DNA of 64,000 nucleotides from an uncultured archaeon (GTDB taxonomy: Archaea > Asgardarchaeota > Thorarchaeia > Thorarchaeales > Thorarchaeaceae): NCBI GenBank assembly GCA_964558645.1, contig CAZLEV010000002.1, positions 1 through 64,000 of the forward strand. The letters are read 5' to 3'. The notes beneath the pieces were generated by a model. That model saw only the letters and a list, made by a program, of their open reading frames with translations. It ran no database searches and had not been told where the DNA came from. The stretch's first letter is position 1. The number at the start of each line of letters is the position of its first letter. Made by a program: the position numbers and the translations under genes. Positions 1 through 10,193 of the stretch are shown here, in pieces.

Positions 1-364
1 TAGTCCTTCAGCAATAAGAACCTCCGTAGTAGTCTGAAAAGCATTGTGGTATTCAATAAGCACAAAGTCCAGACAGAGTGGCTAGATACGACAGAAGTGG
101 TTGCTAGCAGGTGGATTCTGACTCGGAGGGGGTCTACATGCTAGTCTTGCATGAGAAGTATTAAGAAGTAATCTGGTACGTAAGCTCAATGACGCGGTTC
201 ATCACGAGTCGGAGGTATCTAGACGGCCTAAGAGTGCCCCTCCACGATTCCGCTGAACCGCATCTTCGTGGTTGCGATTCTGATCATTCTGGGTCAGGCA
301 GAACATCTATGTTTATTTCAGACCGAACATCTGTAGAATTCAGCATTCTTGTGGTGCGAAAATA

Positions 365-931
365 ATGAAGAACTTCATCGGTGCTTTCCTCGGATTCGTC
401 GTTGGTTCACTAACTCTCTATGCGCTGGGACTTGAGATTCCCCCCTATCCAGCACCTTATGACATCATTGGCATTCTGTTGGCAGCGGCATCAGCCCTCT
501 TCAACACGTTCTCAACAGCAGCCCTAGGAATCGGCATCTTGGAACACATGATTGCTTGGCTACTAATCGGACTGATTTCTGGACTGCTTTCGGAAGGCAA
601 GTGGAACAATGTGAGGACTGCAGTGTGGCTTGGCATCGTCATTGGGGTTCTGCATCTCGCATCAAAACTGCTACTCAACCCGAGCTTCTGGAATCAGAGT
701 GATAGAAACCTGGTAATCCTCATCTCCTTCGTTGTTGTTCTGCCTGCTTCACAGATCACACTACTAACTTCAATTCCAGTTTCATATCTAGTGGGTAGAA
801 TCAGGGCAGACGAACCACCGCAGGCACCTAAGAAGATAGAAACAAGATGTGAGTGCGGCGCGGTCTTCAAGTCAAACCCTATACTATGCTCGGAGTGCGG
901 TAAGGTCTTGAGGCAGAAGGATGGAAGCTGA
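365..931 (+). CDS. Membrane protein with C-terminal zinc ribbon
   Basis: About 5 hydrophobic segments, then CECG...CSECG. Confidence 0.75.
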   Translation: MKNFIGAFLGFVVGSLTLYALGLEIPPYPAPYDIIGILLAAASALFNTFSTAALGIGILEHMIAWLLIGLISGLLSEGKWNNVRTAVWLGIVIGVLHLASKLLLNPSFWNQSDRNLVILISFVVVLPASQITLLTSIPVSYLVGRIRADEPPQAPKKIETRCECGAVFKSNPILCSECGKVLRQKDGS

Positions 932-938
932 GTGAGTG

Positions 939-1439
939 CTATCGTTTTCTGGTGATGGCGCCTCCAAGCAGCCCACCGATTATCGCTGCTATTGAAGGAT
1001 AGAGCATACCCTCAAGAACAAACTGCAGAAGCAGTAGCGAAGGTCCACCAAGGATCTGCGATACATCTGCAGTGCTAATGAAGAATACCAGGAGCCATGT
1101 GAGGAAGGCCCCGATGACTACAGCAAAAACTGCCGCAAAGATCCCCCCCACAATATCACGGGCGAGAAGTCCGGCAAGCAGTCCACCGGTTCCCCATGCA
1201 AGAGCCATGAGTACAGTGCCACCTTGGGCACCGAATGACAACTGGATCCCCAGATGGGGTGGGTATAGTATCGTTCCGATAACAGCGAGTTTGAGTTCGA
1301 GATCAGGACGATTCATGAAGTCTGTGACTATAGAGGGGGCAATCACATCATCTGGAATATAGATACCGAAAGAGAGGATTATGAAGACAACAGCAAAAGC
1401 TGTAATCAAACCAACAATGGCACCTATACCTTGACCCAA
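939..1439 (-). CDS. Hypothetical Gly-rich membrane protein
   Basis: 166-aa ORF with about 4 hydrophobic helices. Confidence 0.7.
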   Translation of the reverse strand: MGQGIGAIVGLITAFAVVFIILSFGIYIPDDVIAPSIVTDFMNRPDLELKLAVIGTILYPPHLGIQLSFGAQGGTVLMALAWGTGGLLAGLLARDIVGGIFAAVFAVVIGAFLTWLLVFFISTADVSQILGGPSLLLLQFVLEGMLYPSIAAIIGGLLGGAITRKR

Positions 1440-1516
1440 TGAATAGCCTCCGAGGAATCTCTGCTAACTCGTCACTCATCCTCTTCTTTTATACATACGC
1501 CATTCTGAACTCCAGC

Positions 1517-2044
1517 TCAGGCAGTCTTATGGATTGTCCATGTGCAAGTAGAGTCGCCTAGAGCTCTGCACGATTCTTGGTAGGCCTCGCCCTGAAAGCC
1601 GCGAAGATCGAGCACAGCCTGAAATACGCCGCTGATCAGATTGCAGTATTGCAGACCGGGCATATCAGTTATCTCTACTCCCTCACATAGTGGACAGTAA
1701 TCATCGGAGAACTTGATAGTCTGCTTATCATCACTAACCCACGTACTTGTGAAGTCCTGCCCAGAGTTGACCTTGTATGCGAGTTGGAGCGTAGAACCAA
1801 ACTCATGGAACTCTGATGCATGCTGACGGATTCGATCAGCGTAGTCCATTAGAAGATGTTCTCCAACCTTGAATCCCAAGTCCATCAACTTGTGATTGAT
1901 TTCATCAACCGTATCACTAGTCTTGATAAGGAAGTTCATCATCTCTCTGTAGATTGCCTGAAAGAGCGGCTTCGAAACCTTGTCAATCTTCAAAGCCCAA
2001 GCCAGTTTTCCCTTGATACCCATACTTTCACTGTCCTTTAACAA
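1517..2044 (-). CDS. TRAPP Bet3-like / V4R-domain protein
   Basis: KVSKPLFQAIYREM...EINHKLMDLGFKVGEHLL resembles the Bet3 N-terminus; V4R Cys pattern CPLC..YC..ESCRALGDSTC; ATG at 2023 is a likely start. Confidence 0.8.
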   Translation of the reverse strand: MLKDSESMGIKGKLAWALKIDKVSKPLFQAIYREMMNFLIKTSDTVDEINHKLMDLGFKVGEHLLMDYADRIRQHASEFHEFGSTLQLAYKVNSGQDFTSTWVSDDKQTIKFSDDYCPLCEGVEITDMPGLQYCNLISGVFQAVLDLRGFQGEAYQESCRALGDSTCTWTIHKTA

Positions 2045-2951
2045 ATTTGTCTCGTTTCACGTAACGCAGAGTCTTGCCCTTGTAGGGTAAAGTGCTCTGC
2101 AAAGCCTCAAAATACTGGATGCCTAGTCGCGCTGCAATCTCATGCAGGGTGTTGGTACCATTGCATAGCTCTAGTACCCGTCGATGCTCCTTCTTGGCCT
2201 TCTCTAGCGAACCCTCGTAAAGCGGAACTTCCACTATCTCTCGGGTCCCCGAGTCCTGTTCTTTTGGACACTCAGCTTCGAGAATCCTCTTTGAAACACA
2301 CCAACGTAGTGCTTCGAGGACACTCTCAACATTCTTGCCAAGAATCTCTGCAATCTTGAAGGCGGTTCGCTTCTCGTCCACCATCAACAGAATGTCCGTT
2401 CCCAGACCTGAATACTCTGCCTTGAGAAGACGACTCAGTTCTGAGTCCATGCTTGCCGCATCATTGTATCGTGGCCCCCGAAGGATAAGACACCCGTGAT
2501 TCATCTCAACCTCGTCGATGGAAACCTCTTGAATGCCCTCCTCAACCGGTTCTGGTGATTCAGGCAGTTTTGGTTCAGGTTCGGCTGCGTCCAGCTCTGT
2601 TTCAAGCGGCTGCTGGGGTGCAGGAGTGGGGGGAGCAGGGATCTCTACTTCCTTAAGCAATTCCACAACATCCTGTGTTCTCTTCAGTGCGATACCCAGC
2701 TGCAGGTCAGCGAAGTTCACAGCCAAGACCCAATCGGGGTTTATGCGTGCAAGAATCACAATCCCTTCTCCAGTCATGATATTCATCATTCTCAATGAAG
2801 AAGAATGAATCTCCATTGTACCCTGAATCAGAGGAAGGGCATGTTCGGGAAGTGCAAATGATAGGAATGGAGAGCCGTCATTGGTTAGGAGAGCATACCC
2901 ACTGACTGCTTCATCGAACTTGAGCTTCGTGAGTACTCTCTCTAAATCCAA
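2028..2951 (-). CDS. Roadblock/longin-like N-terminal domain, Pro/Glu linker, tandem winged-helix-like domains
   Basis: N-terminal alpha/beta pattern (VSGYALLTNDG); two wHTH-like repeats (DEKRTAFKIAEILG, NGTNTLHEIAARLG). Confidence 0.55.
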   Translation of the reverse strand: MDLERVLTKLKFDEAVSGYALLTNDGSPFLSFALPEHALPLIQGTMEIHSSSLRMMNIMTGEGIVILARINPDWVLAVNFADLQLGIALKRTQDVVELLKEVEIPAPPTPAPQQPLETELDAAEPEPKLPESPEPVEEGIQEVSIDEVEMNHGCLILRGPRYNDAASMDSELSRLLKAEYSGLGTDILLMVDEKRTAFKIAEILGKNVESVLEALRWCVSKRILEAECPKEQDSGTREIVEVPLYEGSLEKAKKEHRRVLELCNGTNTLHEIAARLGIQYFEALQSTLPYKGKTLRYVKRDKFVKGQ

Positions 2952-2997
2952 CTTGCCAATACCATCCAGTATCTTATGAGACGCGCGTTATACCTGC

Positions 2998-4104
2998 TCA
3001 AGAGGACATAAGTAACTTCTTACCACGTTTAGAGGCTGACGGATTTGAGTTGAGAAAGCTGACCAACTTGTCAGGGGATGGATGAGAAGCATCTGAAGAG
3101 GCCACATACAGAGCAGCGACCGCATTGGCAAGCAAGAGACGATCTTGAGATTCTAGTTCTAAGAGCGTTCCATAGATGTTTCCTGCATTCCAGGCATCTC
3201 CAGCTCCGCATATGACTCGGCCCTCAACGTCGAACACGGGAACACCTGTAACTGAACCTCTCTCAACGGTTGCAGCATAGTAAGGCGTATGCAGGTCCAC
3301 GCGAACCCCAGTCTTCCCGGACACCATCTCTGCAGCAATGAGCCATTCTTTAGGGTCAGTGATAGCACGCATCCACTTCTTGTCACCGGATAGAGCATAG
3401 GCGAACCAGCAGATCTCGTTCTCATTCGCACCCAAGATGTCCACCAAGCCATTGGCAAGGACCTTAGTTGCAAGTGGTTTCACAATCTCAGGATTGCTAG
3501 ATGGATCGCCCATGTCCATGAATGTAACAGCGTCTGACTGATTTCGCACGAAGGAGAAGACATCGCGTGCCAAGGTGGCAGCCTCAAGATTGTGATTGAG
3601 ACAGAGCAGCCCAACGAGTCCGGAATTTCGGATTGCTTCCTTGTCTTTCTCTTGAAGATCTGAAAAGCTGTAGTCAGCGGCTGATCCGCTATCACTCACC
3701 ATCAGATTAACGCGACGTCCCTTGTGATCTACCTCAAGAGATACAGTAGACGAGAGAGTACCGTTCGTGCTAATGTGGGAGAGATCCAACTCAGGTACTG
3801 TCATCTCACGGAGCAGACGAGACCCTTGTAGGTCAGTCTTCACAATCAAGACGGGCTTCGCCCCAAGAGCGAGCAACGCAGATGCAGTGTTGACGGAATT
3901 TCCACCTCGACGGATGAACTGAGAGGTGCCAGTAAGATTGCCTCCCCCTTGATTGGCTAGTTTTTTCAACTCAGCCTCAAAACTTGCGAAATCACTTGCT
4001 ATAACAAAGTGATCGAGAAAGAAGTCGGGTAACAAGACGGGCGTCTTTGTTTTACGGCCTTCTCGTAAGACTTGCACGAGCCGGCCATAATCCAGCTCCT
4101 GCAC
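2998..4104 (-). CDS. PfkB-family carbohydrate kinase
   Basis: GGNSVNTA, ANENE and CGAGDAW motifs. Confidence 0.9.
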   Translation of the reverse strand: MQELDYGRLVQVLREGRKTKTPVLLPDFFLDHFVIASDFASFEAELKKLANQGGGNLTGTSQFIRRGGNSVNTASALLALGAKPVLIVKTDLQGSRLLREMTVPELDLSHISTNGTLSSTVSLEVDHKGRRVNLMVSDSGSAADYSFSDLQEKDKEAIRNSGLVGLLCLNHNLEAATLARDVFSFVRNQSDAVTFMDMGDPSSNPEIVKPLATKVLANGLVDILGANENEICWFAYALSGDKKWMRAITDPKEWLIAAEMVSGKTGVRVDLHTPYYAATVERGSVTGVPVFDVEGRVICGAGDAWNAGNIYGTLLELESQDRLLLANAVAALYVASSDASHPSPDKLVSFLNSNPSASKRGKKLLMSS

Positions 4105-4127
4105 CTTTCGACCCTCTTCTGGTCATT

Positions 4128-4574
4128 CTATATCTTCTTGAGGGCGGCATCAACCATCTTGGTGAGCCGTTCTTCGGAGATATCGGTCTTGTTTGAGACC
4201 TTCTCGATATCACAATATGCAAGGTCTTCTAAACTCTTGATGTCCGCTTCAACGAGAGCTACGGCGTCGGATTTCTTGATTGAGGGCAGTGATGAGAGTT
4301 CCTTAACAGCCTCTTCAATGTCCTCAGATGGAGTCATTGCCTCGATGAGCTCATCAGCGACGGTCTTGAGATCCTCCTCGTACTCCTTCAGTGCTTCGAC
4401 ATTCTCAGGATAGGCAGTTCTTCGTCTCAAATCTACCATGAGACCCATGTCCCTGGCCTCTTTCACTGTGAGGTTTGCGTCTTCAATCTCTTTGCGGCTG
4501 AAACCACGCCCCCGTCTGGGCTTCCCTTCTTGGGGGGACCTTACAACTGGCTCAGCGATAATGTCATAATCCAT
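4128..4574 (-). CDS. rpl13e: Ribosomal protein L13e with C-terminal helix-hairpin-helix domain
   Basis: RRGRGFSRKEI and VDLRRRT..ENVEALK; C-terminal LSSLPSIKKSDAVALVEADI; start placed at ATG 4574. Confidence 0.85.
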   Translation of the reverse strand: MDYDIIAEPVVRSPQEGKPRRGRGFSRKEIEDANLTVKEARDMGLMVDLRRRTAYPENVEALKEYEEDLKTVADELIEAMTPSEDIEEAVKELSSLPSIKKSDAVALVEADIKSLEDLAYCDIEKVSNKTDISEERLTKMVDAALKKI

Positions 4575-4808
4575 CTGACCATCACCTGACTCGGCTCCCG
4601 ACCTCTCGGGGTGCTTATCAAGCTTTCGAGATAGCACTAGTCAGAAGTTAGGACCTAATGTGGTCCTTTAATGGAAATGCGTTTGAAGTTCAGCCGCTAA
4701 TCTAACTTGAACAATCCTGGATTCACCAGTGTTGCCCCCAGAACCGGAACCTGGCCAAAATCCTTGAGGTTCTGAGAGAACTCTGGACAAATCATAGAGA
4801 AGAAACAC

Positions 4809-5639
4809 TCAGAAGTCCTCAAGAGATGTCTGCTCTATGCGCTTCTTGGCTAACATGCTCTCCAGCTTCATCTCTTGCTTCGGATTAGCACGCCCCAGCA
4901 GAGAGAGCATCTGAAGCGCGTTCAGAGGAGCATTACCGTGGAAATGATTGTTGAAATAGCCGAGGACACTCTCGGTCTGGCTCTCAAGCGCACGCACGCG
5001 AGGAACCCACTCTTCTAGCTCCGTGATTTTGTAGAGATAGCGGTACCAAGGCTTCTCTCCGTGACCATGCCATCGAACATAGGCAAAGTCCGTCGTGATT
5101 CTCAGATCAATAGGCAGCTTCGGTTCATCGACGACTACATGGGCAACACCATAGTCCTCAAGCAAGCGCCAGGTGGACTGCGTCAGCCAACTATGTTCCC
5201 GAAATTCGATTGCATAGCGGAAATCAGTATCAAGAGTGGTGAAGAACGCCTCCAAATCCCCCATAGAAGACATCTTCCAAGGAGGCAGCTGTATCAGAAG
5301 GACTGGAATCTTGTCTTTCGCCGGCCGTATCAGTTCATGGAACTTTGCAAGAACCTCACCACCCTCTCCGTCAAGGTGAAGCCGATTATCATGAGTCACC
5401 TTTCTCGGGAGCTTGGCTGTGAAGAATCTGCCCTCATCTACGGAATCGACCAAATACTGGATGAACTTGGGCTGGGGTAACGCATAGAAAGTGGAGTTGA
5501 TCTCTGCAGTATCGAAGTATGATAGATATTGTTTGAGCAGCGAGGAGGGTGACCTATAGAATATCCCCTTCCAATCATCACCATAAGACCAGCCGCTCGT
5601 GCCAATTGTCAGACCTTTCTTGATTCGAGTCACACCCAT
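4809..5639 (-). CDS. DUF72 (YecE-like) TIM-barrel protein
   Basis: IGTSGWSY, EINSTFY, LLIQLPP, AIEFR, YVRWHG, YFNNH. Confidence 0.92.
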   Translation of the reverse strand: MGVTRIKKGLTIGTSGWSYGDDWKGIFYRSPSSLLKQYLSYFDTAEINSTFYALPQPKFIQYLVDSVDEGRFFTAKLPRKVTHDNRLHLDGEGGEVLAKFHELIRPAKDKIPVLLIQLPPWKMSSMGDLEAFFTTLDTDFRYAIEFREHSWLTQSTWRLLEDYGVAHVVVDEPKLPIDLRITTDFAYVRWHGHGEKPWYRYLYKITELEEWVPRVRALESQTESVLGYFNNHFHGNAPLNALQMLSLLGRANPKQEMKLESMLAKKRIEQTSLEDF

Positions 5640-5958
5640 ACTAGATAACAAAGCTGTTTCATTCTTTTGGATTAGGATTCCTTGATAGACCTAGACATCT
5701 CCCCGACATACTCAGAATAATCATCGAGGTGTTTCTGGCAGAAGTCCTCGGCAAAGTCTTTGACAAGAACCTACAGGAAACCATATCGTCTTTCTAGAAA
5801 TCGGGTATCTATTTCCCTATGGACACTCTCCCATACTACAGTTTCCGACCGCGCCAATTCAGAAGGATGTGTGAGCTGATTCCGCTTTTCACTGCCTCTC
5901 CCACATGCATGATGAAACTCTTAAAGGTATGAAAGTGCAAAAGAACCGTGATTGCACG

Positions 5959-6273
5959 ATGAAAGCTGAGAATATCAAGGCTGAATTCTCCAATCTGGAG
6001 ATACATATGGGAGATTTCGGGAAGACTAAGTTCAAAATGAAATGCGATGTCACCTATCAAGACTTGATGCTCACAATGGATGGCGGCAAGACTGTCGCGC
6101 GGATGCATGCAAGAAACATCAACAATGTGCACCTTGAAAAGAAGGCAATCCGAATCTCTGCGATAAACTTTGAGATACGAGAAGACAACGATGAACCAAG
6201 TGTCGTCAGCGGCGCTGTGCGGCTTGAGCTGGGAAATGACTCAGACAAATGGTACGAGGAGCTCTGGGGTTAG
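5959..6273 (+). CDS. Small hypothetical protein, possible PH-like fold
   Basis: Beta-rich pattern ending in a Trp-containing helix (SDKWYEEL); start uncertain (5905-5959). Confidence 0.6.
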   Translation: MKAENIKAEFSNLEIHMGDFGKTKFKMKCDVTYQDLMLTMDGGKTVARMHARNINNVHLEKKAIRISAINFEIREDNDEPSVVSGAVRLELGNDSDKWYEELWG

Positions 6274-6345
6274 CAGAGAACCTCATTGGCAGGTTTAAAA
6301 TACAAGATATGACGGCATCCAATTGACTGATAGGAGTAACAGCCG

Positions 6346-7653
6346 ATGCATGAAGAGATTCGATACATTGAGTTTCAGTTCGCAGACATCCTCGGAAGAA
6401 TCAAGGGCATGATTGTTCCGTGTGAAGGGGTTACGACTGTTGCTGATCTACGAAAGAATCCCGTAGTTCTGTCCGGAACAAGCATTGATGGGAGTTCGAT
6501 TACGGGTATGGCCAGTGTAGAGTCTTCGGACCTGAGACTGGTAGCTGACCCGGATTCCATTGTGGAGTTGCCCTACTCAATGCAACGCACAGCAGCCGTG
6601 ATGTGTTCGGTTCAGAAGAAGATGGAAACCGCCAACTCCGAATCGTTCCATCCCAAGGATGTACGCAGTGTCTTGGATCGTGTTATTGAAAGACTCCTGC
6701 CGGGAGATATGCAGATTCGTTTCAAAGTCGAACCTGAATTCCACTTCATCACAGCAGACGGGGAACCCTTTGACTATGGGGAGTACGCGGACATATATCC
6801 ACAGAATCCCAGCGCAGACATTCTACTCGAGATTGCAACTGCCATTCAAGAAATGGGAATGACAGTCAGGGTTGTACATCACGAAGTTGCCGCAGCACAG
6901 CTTGAGATTGAGATCTCATATGAGGAGGCTTTGAGGACAGCAGACAATATACTCAGGTTCAAGAATCTCGCAAGGGCCTTCACCCAAGCACAAGGTCTTG
7001 ATGTAACATTCATGCCCAAGCCCTTCGCGGGGTCAGCCGGAAACGGAATGCATTGTCATACCCAGCTATGGAAAGGTGACAAGAATCTGTTCGGAGCACC
7101 TGAAGAGGGAGAACTGTCTGATCAGGCCAAGTCCTTTGTGGCCGGGCTGCTGAATCACGCCCCTGCTATCACTGCCATAGCCAATCCCACGGTGAACTCA
7201 TACAAGAGACTCGTGCCTCATCACGAGGCCCCGGTCTACATATGTTGGGGACCAAAGAACAGAACCGCACTTATCCGTGTACCTCTTTTCACATCTCCCA
7301 GCAGTGCAGCCATCGAATTCCGCTCGCCTGATCCAATGACCAATCCCTATCTGCTCTTTTCGGCCATCATTGCAGCAGGAATGGATGGCATAGACCAGAA
7401 GCTTGACCCTCCCGAAGGGGTGACGGAAGATGTCTTTTCAATGACTGATGAAGAGCGAAGCAAGAGGGACATAGAGATTCTGCCTCCCACGCTGAGTGAT
7501 GCCCTAGATGAGCTAGATCGAGATGAGGTCTTGAGAGATGCGCTTGGAGATGAACTGATAGAGGACTATCTGACAATCAAGCGGCAAGAGTGGGGAGAAT
7601 ACATCAGTCATGCAGTCACAGACTGGGAGTGGCTCCAGTATTCGAGAGACTAG
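6346..7653 (+). CDS. glnA: Glutamine synthetase type I
   Basis: DGSSI, EPEF, HHEVA, FMPKP, GNGMHCH, NSYKRL, EFRSPDP motifs. Confidence 0.92.
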   Translation: MHEEIRYIEFQFADILGRIKGMIVPCEGVTTVADLRKNPVVLSGTSIDGSSITGMASVESSDLRLVADPDSIVELPYSMQRTAAVMCSVQKKMETANSESFHPKDVRSVLDRVIERLLPGDMQIRFKVEPEFHFITADGEPFDYGEYADIYPQNPSADILLEIATAIQEMGMTVRVVHHEVAAAQLEIEISYEEALRTADNILRFKNLARAFTQAQGLDVTFMPKPFAGSAGNGMHCHTQLWKGDKNLFGAPEEGELSDQAKSFVAGLLNHAPAITAIANPTVNSYKRLVPHHEAPVYICWGPKNRTALIRVPLFTSPSSAAIEFRSPDPMTNPYLLFSAIIAAGMDGIDQKLDPPEGVTEDVFSMTDEERSKRDIEILPPTLSDALDELDRDEVLRDALGDELIEDYLTIKRQEWGEYISHAVTDWEWLQYSRD

Positions 7654-7817
7654 TAGTTCTGCTTCAAATCTCATTTCCCTGTGGCTTCCTGTTTTCTTTG
7701 GTACTCTCTCTTCCAGAAATCCCAAATCGTGTCGGGAAAAGCCATCGGATCCTGAAACTCGATTCGGACTCAAAGTTAATATCCTCACGCAGGATAGGGT
7801 GTCATGGGTCTCCATCC

Positions 7818-8597
7818 ATGAAAGAGGAGTGTAAAGCCAGGGCTCTGGGCTCGCCTGATGCAGAAGTGGTCCAGACCAAGGAATTGAAAATAGAGAAGCC
7901 CCTACTAGTATGCTGTTTTCCAAGTGCAGGGGTGGTGGGCACCATTGCCGCCAATACGATGATTGAGCAGTTCGAGATGGAAGAGATTGCTCATGTTCGG
8001 TCGAAGTATATGCCATCAGCAGCTGTCTTCCTTGACGGGCTCCTTCGACATCCCTTCAGGATACATGCAAAGCCTGAACGCAATCTTATTGTCGTAACAA
8101 CAGAGCTACCCATTGCAGAACAAGGGATGTATGCGGTCAGCTCTGCGCTATTGGACTGGGCAGCAGAGATTGGAGTGAGAGAAACAGTCATTCTTGACGG
8201 TATCCCCGTTCAGGGAATACCTAGCGATAGGAAGGTGCTCTATGCTGCAGAGAAGGAGAAGCTAGCTGACCTAAAGAGTGATGAAAGCATGGAGATTCTG
8301 AAAAAGGGAATAATAACTGGGATTGCAGGATCCATCCTCTCCGAAACACTCTGTCGGGAGATGGTGGGCTTCGCTCTCTTGACTCCTGCAATTGCAGTAA
8401 TCCCAGATCCAGACGGCGCAGTTCAGTTGCTCAATGCATTGAATCGGCTCTACGATGTTGGAGTAGATGTTTCAGACCTCGAAGAGAGTGGCGACCAGAT
8501 ACGCAAGAAGATGGAAGAGATGGCACAGCAGGTGGATGGCATGCGCAGGAACCAACCTGAGGTCCAACATGCAGGATATGAGCGCCTGTATGCCTAG
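7818..8597 (+). CDS. PAC2-family proteasome assembly chaperone
   Basis: FPSAGVVGTIAA, HPFRI, PDPDGA; C-terminal HbYX-like LYA; start at ATG 7818. Confidence 0.88.
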   Translation: MKEECKARALGSPDAEVVQTKELKIEKPLLVCCFPSAGVVGTIAANTMIEQFEMEEIAHVRSKYMPSAAVFLDGLLRHPFRIHAKPERNLIVVTTELPIAEQGMYAVSSALLDWAAEIGVRETVILDGIPVQGIPSDRKVLYAAEKEKLADLKSDESMEILKKGIITGIAGSILSETLCREMVGFALLTPAIAVIPDPDGAVQLLNALNRLYDVGVDVSDLEESGDQIRKKMEEMAQQVDGMRRNQPEVQHAGYERLYA

Positions 8598-8661
8598 ACT
8601 CCTCAGTTAGAAGTCAAAGACAAGCTCTAGAGCAAGAGGCTTGTGGTCAGGAGAATAGCAT

Positions 8662-9219
8662 TCAGTCTGAGCAAGTCTCGTATGCTTCAGCGGCGCCTTC
8701 AGCGTTCTTCTCGCCCACCTTTCCGGGCCATTTCTCACGGATGACATCCTGTACCGTTTCCAGTTTGACAAGTCCGGTGGCCTTAGCGAATGCTCCAAGC
8801 ATCGTAGTATTCACAACAGGAAGACCAGCAACCAGAAGACCGTGCTTGAGTGCAATGCCGGTACCATCATAAGTGAAAACATGCCCCCTATCAAGATCCA
8901 AGTCGCCTGCTTTAAGTCTTGTATTGATGATGATCTTTCCGCCTTCTACAAGCCCCTCAGTCACATCAATCAGTTCTATCAGACCTTGGTCCAGCACCGC
9001 GACAATATCTGGTGTGTATATCTGACTTCTGATGTTGATAGGTTCATCAGAGATTCTTGTGAAGGCTTTGACCGGGGCACCTCGCCGTTCTGCTCCGAAA
9101 TAAGGGAACGCTGCTACACCCTTGTAACCGTCCCTATACGCAGCTTTCGCCAGAAGCTCTGCACTCGTTACGCCACCTTGCCCGCCGCGACCATGCCAGC
9201 GAATCTCAATCATAGGCAT
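8662..9219 (-). CDS. porG: Pyruvate/2-oxoacid:ferredoxin oxidoreductase gamma subunit
   Basis: [29 protein letters not shown]. Confidence 0.93.
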   Translation of the reverse strand: MPMIEIRWHGRGGQGGVTSAELLAKAAYRDGYKGVAAFPYFGAERRGAPVKAFTRISDEPINIRSQIYTPDIVAVLDQGLIELIDVTEGLVEGGKIIINTRLKAGDLDLDRGHVFTYDGTGIALKHGLLVAGLPVVNTTMLGAFAKATGLVKLETVQDVIREKWPGKVGEKNAEGAAEAYETCSD

Positions 9220-9363
9220 ATCATATTGACTCCTTCGAGCTGACCAGTTAGGTCAACTAGGAGGCCTCATTGGTGCAACAAAACCTTTTCGTCTTAGGAA
9301 CTGACACGCAGTGCGATAGCCTTATCCGAGGGGCGACCTAGCCGACCACATCCGACGGAATCT

Positions 9364-10182
9364 ATGGTGCAGACAGTGGATGAGAGACTACGTGCAAACA
9401 GGGAGCTCTGGGAGGACCGCGTAGCCGCACACAAAGAGTCCGAGTTCTATGATGTGGACGGCTTTCTCAATGGGAAGCAGACGCTGGAGCCAGTTGAGAT
9501 GGAAGAACTGGGAGATGTCAGGGGAAAGAGCCTCGTTCATCTCATGTGTCACTTCGGTCTGGACACACTGTCCCTAGCAAGACTCGGAGCCAATGTAACG
9601 GGGGTCGATTTCTCCGAGAAGGCCATTGCCCTCGCCCAAGCTATTGCAGAACAGATTGGAGTTTCTGCCAAGTTTGTTTGCGCCAATGTCTACGATGCTC
9701 CCGAGGTGCTCAAAGAAACTTTCGATATAGTCTACACAGGGGGAGGGGTGCTCTGCTGGCTGCCAGACATCGAGAAGTGGGCGGAGGCCGTCGCCAGTCT
9801 GCTGAACCCTGGTGGAGTATTCTACATCCGCGAGTTTCATCCATTCTCCATGATCTTTGATGACGAAAGCGAAAACCTCTCAGTTCGCTATCCTTACTTC
9901 CAGGGTGACACCGCCATCATGTTCCAGTGCGACTACTCGTATGCAGATACTGGGAAGAAGCTTGAAACCAAGATCAGCTATGAGTGGAACCATCCGATAT
10001 CGGAGATTCTCAACTCGTTGCTAGGAGTGGACCTTGAGCTGCAGTTCTATAACGAGTTCCCATACTCAACATGGCAGGCCCTTCCCAGCATGCAGCGAGA
10101 TGAACTGGGAAGATGGAGAGTACCTGGAATGGAAAGGCACATTCCGTTCATGTTCTCAATCAAGGCAGTCAAGCCAGTCTAG
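9364..10182 (+). CDS. Class I SAM-dependent methyltransferase
   Basis: VHLMCHFGLDT, GVDFS, FDIVYT, LLNPGG. Confidence 0.9.
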   Translation: MVQTVDERLRANRELWEDRVAAHKESEFYDVDGFLNGKQTLEPVEMEELGDVRGKSLVHLMCHFGLDTLSLARLGANVTGVDFSEKAIALAQAIAEQIGVSAKFVCANVYDAPEVLKETFDIVYTGGGVLCWLPDIEKWAEAVASLLNPGGVFYIREFHPFSMIFDDESENLSVRYPYFQGDTAIMFQCDYSYADTGKKLETKISYEWNHPISEILNSLLGVDLELQFYNEFPYSTWQALPSMQRDELGRWRVPGMERHIPFMFSIKAVKPV

Positions 10183-10193
10183 TGCCTCAAGAA

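Noticed and set aside
1-72. Possible minus-strand gene start at the left edge (VLIEYHNAFQTTTEVLIAEGL)
   Set aside because: Too short to support a call.
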